Shown here one piece after another: positions 1 to 8,099 of a stretch of DNA of 10,310 nucleotides. Below the pieces are notes generated by a model. It saw nothing but the letters and a program-made list of their open reading frames with translations. It ran no database searches and was not told the DNA's origin. A program made the translations under genes and the position numbers. Position 1 is the stretch's first letter, and each line of letters begins with the position of its first letter. This stretch comes from Azolla caroliniana (Eukaryota; Plantae; Polypodiophyta): contig JBHGNT010001285.1 in the NCBI GenBank assembly GCA_043228905.1, positions 1 through 10,310 of the forward strand, read 5' to 3'.

Positions 1-1161
1 CTCCAAGTTGGAAGAAAAAACTAGGATGTCGTCAAGGTAGATGACCACGAAATGATCGAGATACTCTCGAAAAATATCATTCATCATGTGCTAGAAAACG
101 GTCGGAGCATTGGTAAGGCCAAAAGGCATCATTTTGTACTCGAAATGTCCATAGCGCGTCCGAAAAGTTGTTTTCCACTCGTCCCCAGGCTTAATGCGCA
201 CCAAATTGTAGGCTCCCCAAAGGTCGATTTTGGATAAGATATGCCCCGTTTGGAGTCGATCGAGGAGCGCTGGAATTAAGGGCAGGGGGTAACGATTACA
301 TACCGTAACTTTGTTGAGACCCGTAAGCGTAAGGAGTCGTCCTTTTTTTTGACAAATAAGATTCGTGCCTTGGCCGGTGATTTGGAGGGTTGAATGAAGC
401 CTTTCGCGAGATTCTCAGCCAAATATGTGCGGAGAGCCTCAAGTTCGGCTTCGGATAACCCATAGATAGGACCGAATGGGGGATGCTCGCCAGGTTCGAG
501 TTCGATTGGGCAATCGTAGGGACGATGAGTTGGTAACCGATCAACATTCCGCTTTTCGAATATGTCGGAAAAGTCGCTATATTGGATGGGTAAATTGGTG
601 ACAGGAACGGTGACGTTTCCCGACACAACGGCCAGTGTAGAGACCAAACCAGACTCGACCATAACAGAATCAAGAGAGTGTCATGACCGATCAGGAATTG
701 GCGTTCTTGGAAAAGTGATGGAGCGGCTACACCAATCCACCGTCGGATTCTGTGTCTCCAACCAAAATAGCCCCAACACAATCGGATGTCGGGGAGTCAC
801 AATGAGGTAGAATGTCAGTTCCTCCTGGTGTGCCCCGATTTGAAGTACCAACGGGATAGTGGCTTCGGTAACTACCCCCGACGATAGGAACCCAGTCGTA
901 GATCGCTTCAACAGATATGGGTTGTGATGTGCGGATGGTGGGGATATTATGTGCGCCTACAAACGATTTATCGATAAAGCAAGTAGATTCTCCGGAGTCG
1001 AACAAGGTATGAGAATGTATTGAAGTCGAACCAAAACAAAGACTTACTTGAAAAGAAAACCCTCCTAATGGCGACACGGACTTGTAGGAGCATGGAGAAG
1101 GTGAGTAACGGGAAGTGTCCAACGGCATGGCTCCTACTGCAGCCAGACTTGGTCATTTTCC
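1..1161 (-). pseudogene. pol: pol (aspartic protease + reverse transcriptase N-terminal half) of A1, disrupted by stops and frameshifts
   Basis: Protease HTLFDSGES (DSG codons 999-991); RT motifs [57 protein letters not shown] (YLDD at 39-28). Split over ORFs 727..1128, 681..911 and 276..662; in-frame TAG after APTVF. Confidence 0.95.
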
Positions 1162-2153
1162 GGTTGTCGAGGAACCTCCACAAGACGTGCACGATGGAAT
1201 TGGTTTCAAGGGCCTCGCACAGGACAGTGGCAGATGACATAGTCGGGGTTGCCACAATAGAGAGAAAGTCCATTATCCCGACGATTGTTGCGTTCGGCTT
1301 CAGTTAGTGGTTGGAACCAAGCATGGTCGATCTCCATCGGGGTATGGGAATCGACCTCCATTGTGGTATGGGTTTCATTGACTGATGGTAAGGTTGGCAT
1401 GGGCGACAAGTAGGGCCTCGCGATTGCTGCGTTCCGAGAAGAAGCCTGAGATCCGCGAGTCCCCCATTTTTCTTGACGAAGTTCAAAAAGACGATTGTCA
1501 CACTGGACAGCTTGGGAGATTACTTGAGACAATGATGTGGGCTCCGGGAAGTTTAAGAGAAGAGTCTTGACATCATTTCGGAGACCGTGACGGAAATGGT
1601 TGCATAGGGCTTAGTCATCCCAACTAACATCGTAGGCAATCTGGCAGAACTCTGAGGCGTAGACCGAGGCAGAACGTGAGCCTTGTTGGACAGAATAAAG
1701 CTTTGTGCGTGTCGTTCCTCACCGATTTGTCTCGCCAAATGTTGCTTAGAGCTCCTCAATGTAAGCGGTGAAGTCCTCCAAGAGAGCGGATGAGGTCTCA
1801 ATCAAGGGTGCAAACCACGCTTGCGTGCCGACAAGCCCAACCTGAGAAGCGTCGCTAGCATACCGTTGGGGCTGTCATCCGATGATAAGCCGAATTTGGT
1901 TGATGAAGCCGCGAAGATACACCCTCGTGCCATTGAATTTGTCGGGTAGGCTGATGGTTGGTTCGACGACATATGGATGAGAAGAGGACGTGATCAGGCT
2001 AGGTGTCGACGGTGGTTGTGTTTCGGCGGCAAGTGAATTTCTTGAAGAGCCAGATTGCAACTCTTGTAATGATTCCCGAAGGATTTCATTCTCTAGCTGA
2101 AGTTGTTGCAAGGCTGCCATGATTTGATTTAGGTTGTCAATGGAGTCGGACAT
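1134..2153 (-). pseudogene. gag: gag of A1 with premature stops
   Basis: ATG at 2153 (MSDSIDNLNQ.., coiled-coil-like N-terminus), ISLPDKFNGTR..LRGFINQ capsid motif, QQGSRSASVYASEF major-homology-like region, AVQCDNRLFE, PMEID, degenerate zinc knuckle SLYCGNPDYVICHC (~1265-1224); natural stop TAG at 1136-1134. Confidence 0.92.
1155..1161 (-). other. Putative -1 ribosomal frameshift heptamer G_GAA_AAT (probably G_GAA_AAC ancestrally)
   Basis: Gag frame reads CCG GAA AAT GAC..CAG TAG; the protease ORF 727..1128 lies in the -1 frame from this point; a small downstream stem TGGCT/AGCCA is present. Confidence 0.6.
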
Positions 2154-2168
2154 GGTAGCAAGAAAAGG

Positions 2169-2179
2169 AAGGTGAACAA
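2169..2179 (-). other. Self-priming primer-binding site of A1 (TTGTTCACCTT)
   Basis: Lies 2 nt after the inferred LTR end and is the perfect 11-nt complement of AAGGTGAACAA at 2290-2280, which starts 32 nt downstream of the TATA box. No TGG tRNA-type PBS is present. Identical in copy A2 (3190-3200). Confidence 0.85.
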
Positions 2180-2314
2180 ACTTGCATGGACAAGTATAAT
2201 AAAGTAGAACAAAGATAAGACTAGAGAACAAGAGAGAGTAAAAGAACAAGAACTCAACTTATAGAACCCGTAACTTGTGTTGTTCACCTTGATTAGAATC
2301 ACGGTGCACATGAG

Positions 2315-2322
2315 TATTTATA
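2315..2322 (-). promoter_or_regulatory. TATA box of A1 LTR
   Basis: TATAAATA on the minus strand, 32 nt upstream of the inferred transcript 5' end at 2290. Confidence 0.75.
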
Positions 2323-2462
2323 CAAGAAGGTGGGGCTATGTAAGCCAGCTAGAAATAGAGTATGCATGAGGATGCATGCAAGCTAGAAAATGAGAATACA
2401 TGCAAGCTAGGAACTTCCAATGTTCAATCTATACTATATGAAGTTGAATTAAATACAAGGAT

Positions 2463-2534
2463 GCATATGTAGCTCAAGTGCTAGGGTTGCCCAATAGAGA
2501 CCATAAGGTCTTGGGTTCAATCCCTACCTTCTTT
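2463..2534 (+). other. tRNA-derived (SINE-head-like) Pol III promoter cassette within the U3 of A1, antisense to the element; not a functional tRNA
   Basis: A-box-like TAGCTCAAGTGCTA (2470-2483), pairable D stem GCTC/GGGT, 17-nt anticodon-arm spacing, variable loop AGGTC (2506-2510), T arm TGGG-TTCAATC-CCTA with B box GGTTCAATCC (2514-2523). Anticodon and acceptor stems do not pair. Confidence 0.65.
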
Positions 2535-2554
2535 CGTGGTATATGTTTATGACA

Positions 2555-3018
2555 TCCGGAGCCGAATCGAAGACACATAGTTGAGGTGCCTTTTAAATAC
2601 CGAAGTATCCATTTTACCGCATTCCAGTGCTCCTTGCCGGGATTGCTCATAAACCGGCTCACCACTCCGATTGCGTATCTGATATCCGGTTGAGTACACA
2701 CCATTGCGTACATTAAGCTCCCGATGGCAGAGGCATATGGTATCTTCATCATATTTGCCTTCTGTACCTTCGTCTTCGGGCTTTGCATGCCGGATAACCT
2801 GTAGTTTGCCTAGAGAGTCGATCCAACCGGTTTCGCATCTGACATGTTGAACCGTTGAAGCAGCTTTGTCACGTACTTCTCTTGTGACAACCACAATTGC
2901 TTCTTTGACCGGTTCCGGATGATATGCATCCCAAGTATCTGTCTTGTTGGACTCAAGTCTTTCATTGAGACGGTCTGGTTCAGAGCCTTCTTCAGCATCC
3001 GTATCTTGATGTGGTCGG
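2555..3018 (-). pseudogene. pol: Ty1/copia reverse transcriptase C-terminal fragment (Tnt1-like)
   Basis: MKDLSPTRQILGMHIIRNR..LWLSQEKYVTKLLQRFNM..AKPV, IPYASAIGSLMYAMVCTQPDI.YAIGVVSRFMSNPGKEHWNAVKWILRYLKGT are canonical copia RT motifs downstream of YVDD; one in-frame stop at ~2810. Confidence 0.95.
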
Positions 3019-3292
3019 GCTAGGTGTCGACGGTGGTTGTGACTTGGCGGCTAGTGGATTTCTTGAAGTGCCGGATTGCAACTCTCATCATGATTGCCAA
3101 AGGATTTCATTCTCTAGCTGAAGTTGTTGCAAAGCTGCCATGATTTGGTTTAGGTTGTCGATGGAGTCAAACATGGTAGCAAGAAAATGAAGGTGAACAA
3201 ACTATCACGAACAAGTATAATATAGTAGAACAAAGATAAGACTAGAGAACAAGAGAGAGTAAAAGAACAAGAACTCAACTTATAGAACCCGT
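3007..3292 (-). mobile_element. gag: Truncated second copy (A2) of family A: R/U5 remnant of the 5' LTR (3203-3292), PBS (3190-3200), gag start (ATG 3174)
   Basis: Colinear direct repeat of ~1987-2271 (offset ~1020-1021) with scattered substitutions. Confidence 0.93.
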
Positions 3293-3864
3293 TGTTGTGA
3301 AGAAAACCGGCCCTAAGAGGAATCAAGGAGTTAAAGGTGTGAACCCGCCCTTTCACGGGTGTGCATGAATTGACACATTGTATATAACTAGGAATAGGAC
3401 GGCTAATGTGAATATACTAGGTATGAAATACTAATTAATTAGGAAGGGATAGAGAATAAAGTTGACGTGTTTTGATGTAACGGCCTCCTCGGCGACCTAT
3501 AAAGGGGAGGGTAGAAGAAGAAGAAATCATTACGTTTTATGCCAGGGACGAGGTGTTGTCGGACTGGAAACCAAGCTCTCCTCCTCTATCATCGTTCTCT
3601 GTAGGGTTGCAATCGTTGTAATCGTTACTGTATTGAAATTGAATCTCTTGTTTTCGTCTATCTGTGTTTCTGGGTGTCTCCTCTTTCATCTCTCTCGAGT
3701 GTGCTTCTTCATTAAATCAGTATACGCGTTGGTGGTTCATTCAGCGGGCAAGTCCTGTCAGTTGCTGACAAGTTTAGCAGGCCTTACACTTGTGTGCTTC
3801 TTACTTCCTCTTGTCTCTCTTGCTCCTCAGTTCAAGGCCCCCGTGGTCCCACCGTAACACGACA
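3293..3864 (+). repeat. 5' LTR of B1 (572 bp)
   Basis: TGTTGTG...CACGACA termini; homologous to 5731-6348; TATAAA at 3498-3503; followed by a PBS. Confidence 0.92.
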
Positions 3865-3868
3865 CATC

Positions 3869-3886
3869 TGGTGAACCCGATGTGAA
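3869..3886 (+). other. Primer-binding site, tRNA-Trp
   Basis: TGGTGAACCCGATGTGAA is a 17/18 complement of the plant tRNA-Trp 3' end (..TTCACGTCGGGTTCACCA, recalled from memory), 4 nt after the LTR's CA. Confidence 0.85.
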
Positions 3887-3909
3887 ATCGGGCGGTAGAG
3901 GAGTCGAAG

Positions 3910-5730
3910 ATGAGGGGATCGGAGCTCGCAGAAGCCATGGCGGCAATGGTCAATCGAATAGTAAGTGCTCGCGAGGGCACATGCACAATAGGATGATTCG
4001 GTGGGAAGGACACCACGAGCTATTTGGTGGCCTACCGAGCTGAGATGGTGATGAGAGACACTCCGGAGGATAGGCATCTAGCCGGGTTCCCTAGGGTGGC
4101 GCCACCGGGCATCCATGCAGAGGTGCTCGAGGTACAGGCTGGATGCCGAACCTGGGGAGAATTCGAGGCACGGCTCCTCGAAAGGTACGGGCTTGATGAT
4201 GCGCGTAGGTTATCGAAGCGGGACTTCATGGAGTGGGTGGAAACCCCCAGAAAGGGGAGGAATGCATCAACGCTCCTCTGGGAGTTCGAAGAAAGCTTCA
4301 CACGGCTCTCAATGCTGGACAGGACCGTGTTGGACACGAACCGTGTCGTGTTGTTCATCAAACTGGTGGACGTGCTGGAGACAGATAATGGGCTGATGAC
4401 CGACTGGGCTACGGTCAAAGGGGTCTGCAGCCGCTTCGACAAACGGAGAGAGTGGGGTGACGAGAAATCGTCACCAACGGGACCCACCTAGGCAAGGAAG
4501 TTCGAAGAGCCTTCGCCGGCACGAAAGGAGGAAACCAGGGATTGGCTTGAAACTGGGCCAACATCGACCGGAGCGGTCAACGGCCCTTCCGGGGGAGCGG
4601 CTCTCGAGGAGCTGACACAAATGGTGCGCGACCTGCAGATTGTGCGGGCCCAGAGAGACAGTGGAGGGCAGCCACGCGACCGAAGCCTACCGGCTGGACA
4701 ACGGTGTATGTGGTGCAACGTGGTCGGAAACAACCGGCGAGACTGCGTGGAGTTTGTTGAAGCCCTTAGGCGTAATGTGGTGTACCTATGGAACGGACGG
4801 GTGCACGCTAGTGATACTCGAAGAGCTGTGGACACAAATTTCGGGCGTGGCGGGATGAAGTGGCTAATGGAAGAAGCGAAGGCGCGCCATGCGGACACCG
4901 TCCATTATTCAGCATTGGCCGGAATCCGGGTGGGAGGTGACGAAGACCGGAAGACGAAGCACTCTGGCTTCTGGCCGTCGGTGTTAGAGGACCTTTCCGG
5001 CCCACAATTGTAGAGGGACGAAGTGAGCCGCGCAGAGCAGCGGATTCGGGAGGTCAGTGGATGGGACGATCCGGTTTAGGAGAAGACCGGTCTCATGGAA
5101 GCCGTGTGCCAGAACTACGAGGTTCTTGTAGAAGACAAACACGCGGGGAAGGCTGGAGGGACCGGTCCCTCACAATGGTATGAGACCCTGTTCAGAACGA
5201 AGACGAACGACGCCGCCAACACTAGCGCGCTGGATAGAAAGAAGCATCAGGCGACATCAGGCGAACGACGGACCTACGAAAGGTCCTTGAGGAACAGATC
5301 CTCGACATCAAGGTGGAGTTGTCGTTACGAGAGGTACTCGAGATTGCCAAGAAGGAGTTCCACGACTCCATTGTAGACTTGGTAAAGCGTAAGCGGCTCT
5401 GAACAGAGCCGTAAGGGAGAAGCCTGTGGAGGTGCGGACGACGCGCTTAGAAGACACGGCCCTAGAGGACGAGTTGGCGGATAGTCACTATTTGAACTTG
5501 CATTGGACCAGAGCCACTACGGACACCCCTATTCAGATTAGGGACGTTCCAGAGCTGGTGATGGCATTGATAGACCATGGATCCAAAATTAACCCGATGT
5601 CCATGAATTTCTATAAGAAAGGAAACTAGCCGATCAACACCAGGCACGGGTGGAAGATACGCGCGGCGACACGTGCTACAGAGGAGCTGCATGGTGCATG
5701 CCCGAATGTACGTGTAAACATCGGCGACGT
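3910..5730 (+). pseudogene. gag: gag-protease of B1, multiple stops, interrupted in the protease region
   Basis: ATG at 3910; ORF pieces 4024..4491, 4621..5013, 5426..5629; degenerate zinc knuckle CMWCNVVGNNRRDC (4705-4746); aspartic protease-like ALIDHGSKIN (DHG 5573-5581). Confidence 0.85.
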
Positions 5731-6348
5731 TGTCGTTACGAAAACCGGCCCTAAGGGGAATCAAGGAGTTAAAGCCGTGAACCTGCCCTTTCACGAGTGT
5801 GCGTGACTTGATACATTGTATATAACTAGGAATAGGACAGCTGATGTTAATATACTAGGTATAACATATTTATTAATTAGGAAATCGATGCGTATATCTA
5901 TCCAAAGGGACAGAGAATAAAGTTGACGTGTGTTGATGTAACGGCCTCCTCGGCGACCTATAAAAAGGGAGGGGAGAAGAAAAGGATATTATCACGTTTT
6001 GGGCAAGGACGAGGAGCTATCGGATTGGGAACCGAGCTCTCTCCTCTATCATCGCTCTCTCCAGGGTTGCAATCGTTGTAATCGTCACTGTTATTGAAAT
6101 TGAATCTCTTGTTCTCGTCTATCTGTGTTTTTGGGTGTCTCCTCTTTTGTTTCTCTCGAGTGTGCTTCTTAATTAAGTCGGGATACGCGTTGGTGGTTCA
6201 TTTAGCGGGCAAGTCCTGTCGGTTGTTGACAGTTCTAGCAGGCCCTACACTTGCGTGCTCCTCACTTCCTCTTGTCTCCCTTGCTCCTTGGTTCAGGGCC
6301 CCCGTGGTCCCGCCTTATTATCACACGCATAAGCGAAACCACACGACA
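5731..6348 (+). repeat. 5' LTR of B2 (618 bp)
   Basis: TGTCGT...ACGACA perfect 6-bp inverted termini; TATAAA at 5959-5964; two ~23-bp segments absent from the B1 LTR. Confidence 0.93.
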
Positions 6349-6352
6349 TATT

Positions 6353-6370
6353 TGGTGAACCCAACGTTAA
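6353..6370 (+). other. Primer-binding site, tRNA-Trp (degenerate)
   Basis: TGGTGAACCCAACGTTAA, 4 nt after the LTR end. Confidence 0.8.
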
Positions 6371-6393
6371 ACCAGGTTGGAGAGGAGTCAAAG

Positions 6394-7519
6394 ATGAGGG
6401 GATCAGAGGTCGCCTAAGCCATGGCGGCAACGGTTGAACGGATAGTAAGTGCTCGCGAGGGCACGAGCGCCCTCAACGGGGCCATTGAAGCAATTGTCGC
6501 CACGATAGGCCGATTCGGTGGGAACGACGCCACGAGCTATTTGGTGGCCTACCGAGCCGAGATGGTGATGAGAGACATTTTGGAGGATAGATGTCTCGCT
6601 GGGTTCCCTCGGGTAGCAACACCGGGCATCGGGCATCCACGCAGAGGTGCTCGAGGTACAGGCTGGATGCCGAACTTGGGGAGAATTCGAAGCACCGCTC
6701 CTCGAAAGGTACAGGCTTCATGACGCGCTTCGGTTATCGAAGCGGGACATCATGGAATGGGTGGAAACCCCCGGAAAGGGGAGGAATGCGTCGGCGCTCC
6801 TTCGGAAGTCCGAAGAATGCTTCGCACGGCTCTCAACACTAGACAAGACCGTGCTAGACACGAGCCGTGTCTTGTTGTTCGTCAAATCGGTGGACGTGCG
6901 GGATAGGGACAAAGTGGGTCTCCTCCTGCATACAGATCATGGGCTGACGACCGACTCGGCCACGGTGAAAGGGGTCTGCAGCCGCTTCAACAAACAAAGA
7001 GAGTGGGGCGACGAGAAATCGTCGGCAACGGGACCCACCCCAGCAAGGAAGTTTGACGAGCCTTCACCGACACGAAAGGAGGAAGCCCGGGATTGGCTTG
7101 AAATTGGCCCAACATTGACTGGAGCAGTCAAGGGCCCATCTGGGGGAGCGGCTCTTGAGGAGCTAACACAAATGGTGTGCGACCTGCAGATCGCGCAAGC
7201 CTAGAGAGACAGTGGAGGGCATCCACGCGAGTGAAGGCCACCGGTTGGAGAACGGTGTATGTGGTGTGACACGGTCGGACATAGTGGGCGAGACTGCGTG
7301 GAGTTTGTCGAAGCCCTGAGGAGTAATATGGTGTACCTATGGAATAGATGAGTGCACACTGGTGATACTCGGAGAGCCGTGGAGACAAATTTCAGGCGTG
7401 GCGAGATGAAGCAGCTAATGGAAGAAGCGGAGGCGTGCCATGCGGAGGCCATCCATTACTCAACATCGGCCAGAATCCGGGTGGGAGCTGACGAAGACCG
7501 GAAAACGAAGAACTTTGGC
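6394..7519 (+). pseudogene. gag: gag of B2
   Basis: Homolog of B1 gag; intact CCHC knuckle CMWCDTVGHSGRDC (7256-7297); frameshifting 7-bp duplication CGGGCAT at ~6623-6636; stops at 6415 and 7202. Confidence 0.88.
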
Positions 7520-7846
7520 CTCAATGAAGAATGGATGATTCCGGTCAACTCCGTGGGAATGTACAAAGTCATTGCCGACTTCGGGGAAAGGGTCAAGTTG
7601 GATCGGACGGCCCATGTGCACACGAAGTACAAGATTGGACCGGAAGGTGAGGCCAGTCACAACACCCTTGCTATAGGGCAACAGGTTACGAATGAAAGAG
7701 GTCCCGTCGGACCCAAGTCTACGGGATCCAGCCGGCATAGGACACCAGTTCACTGACATAACGCTACGGGAGCTCAAGGTTGGTGGGGGTGGCTTTCTAC
7801 TACCGGCGGAGGAGGAACGGTTTCGGAGAATCCTCGGGAGGCACGG
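7520..7846 (+). pseudogene. pol: Probable pol fragment (protease-RT linker) of family B
   Basis: VHTKYK../RKVRPV..PL and FLLPAEEERFRRIL resemble the pre-RT segment of gypsy pol; same composition as family B. Inference, no catalytic motif present. Confidence 0.55.
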
Positions 7847-7947
7847 TCTCGCGGAAATACAACGAGGATACGTGAACTGGAGGCAGGACCCCAAGGCCTC
7901 CGACTAGAGAATATCAAATTTGTATGTTTATATTAAAAAATTATTCA
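7847..7947 (-). repeat. 3' LTR remnant (U5 end, ~100 bp) of family C
   Basis: Aligns without gaps to 9896-~9992 with about 17 mismatches in 97 nt by hand count; the terminal CA is mutated to GA. Confidence 0.85.
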
Positions 7948-7955
7948 CCCCCACC
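7948..7955 (-). other. Putative polypurine tract
   Basis: GGTGGGGG immediately followed by TG at the boundary of the LTR remnant. Confidence 0.5.
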
Positions 7956-8099
7956 AAACCTGCACATCCACCGGTATGTGCCAATTTTAGTGAGGCTCCA
8001 CTTTTGATTACATTAATTTTTTATTGATGTACCCAAATCGCCATTGCCATCCGATCCACCATATTCTTCGTTCACTCTTTGGATTTCCATGACCGATTG

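Larger units (their letters stand above)
1..2554 (-). mobile_element. Ty3/gypsy LTR retrotransposon A1 (Tf1/sushi/Tcn1-like group), 5' half; continues past the left edge of the window
   Basis: Minus-strand order LTR-PBS-gag-protease-RT (gypsy order); LTR starts TGTCAT at 2554; motifs listed in the sub-features. Clade assignment is by recognition of gag/RT style and self-priming, not a phylogeny. Confidence 0.93.
2182..2554 (-). repeat. 5' LTR of A1 (~373 bp)
   Basis: Begins TGTCAT where copia coding sequence stops abruptly. The end reads ATGCAA here and GTGATA in A2, implying a consensus near ATGACA (inverse of TGTCAT). Contains TATAAATA. Confidence 0.8.
3293..5730 (+). mobile_element. Gypsy-like LTR retrotransposon B1 (tRNA-Trp primed), 5' part, inserted into the LTR of A2
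   Basis: LTR-PBS-gag-protease; family A homology ends exactly at 3292, where TGTTGT begins. Confidence 0.88.
5731..7846 (+). mobile_element. Second family-B copy (B2) nested in the B1 protease; internally deleted
   Basis: LTR + PBS + gag homologous to 3293-4968; homology to B1 stops at ~7519. Confidence 0.88.

Noticed and set aside
52-1307. Plus-strand ORFs 52..237, 562..810 and 1020..1307
   Set aside because: Antisense to gypsy pol/gag; typical shadow ORFs.
1-2153. Domesticated PEG10/RTL1-like gene
   Set aside because: Has an LTR, a second copy nearby and many stops and frameshifts.
2268-2304. Alternative self-priming pair CCGTGATT/AGTTACGG with the LTR ending near 2276
   Set aside because: Needs two G:U pairs and starts only 18 nt from the TATA box; the perfect 11-mer pair fits much better.
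2463-2534. Functional tRNA gene
   Set aside because: Acceptor and anticodon stems do not pair and G19 is replaced; kept only as a tRNA-derived cassette.
3484-3510. CCTCCTC/GGGGAGG inverted repeat enclosing the TATA box of the B LTR
   Set aside because: Short, imperfect and not fully preserved in B2; compatible with chance.
3462-3857. Hydrophobic membrane-like ORF, repeated at 6094..6417
   Set aside because: Lies within the pyrimidine-rich LTR with non-ATG starts; the similarity simply reflects the LTR duplication.
4032-4898. Minus-strand ORFs opposite B gag (also at 6718-7452)
   Set aside because: Antisense shadows in GC-rich coding DNA, broken differently in the two copies.
3293-6348. B1 and B2 LTRs as the paired LTRs of one short element
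   Set aside because: No PPT before 5731, the protease region is cut mid-domain, the second LTR is followed by its own PBS and gag, and there is no TSD match.
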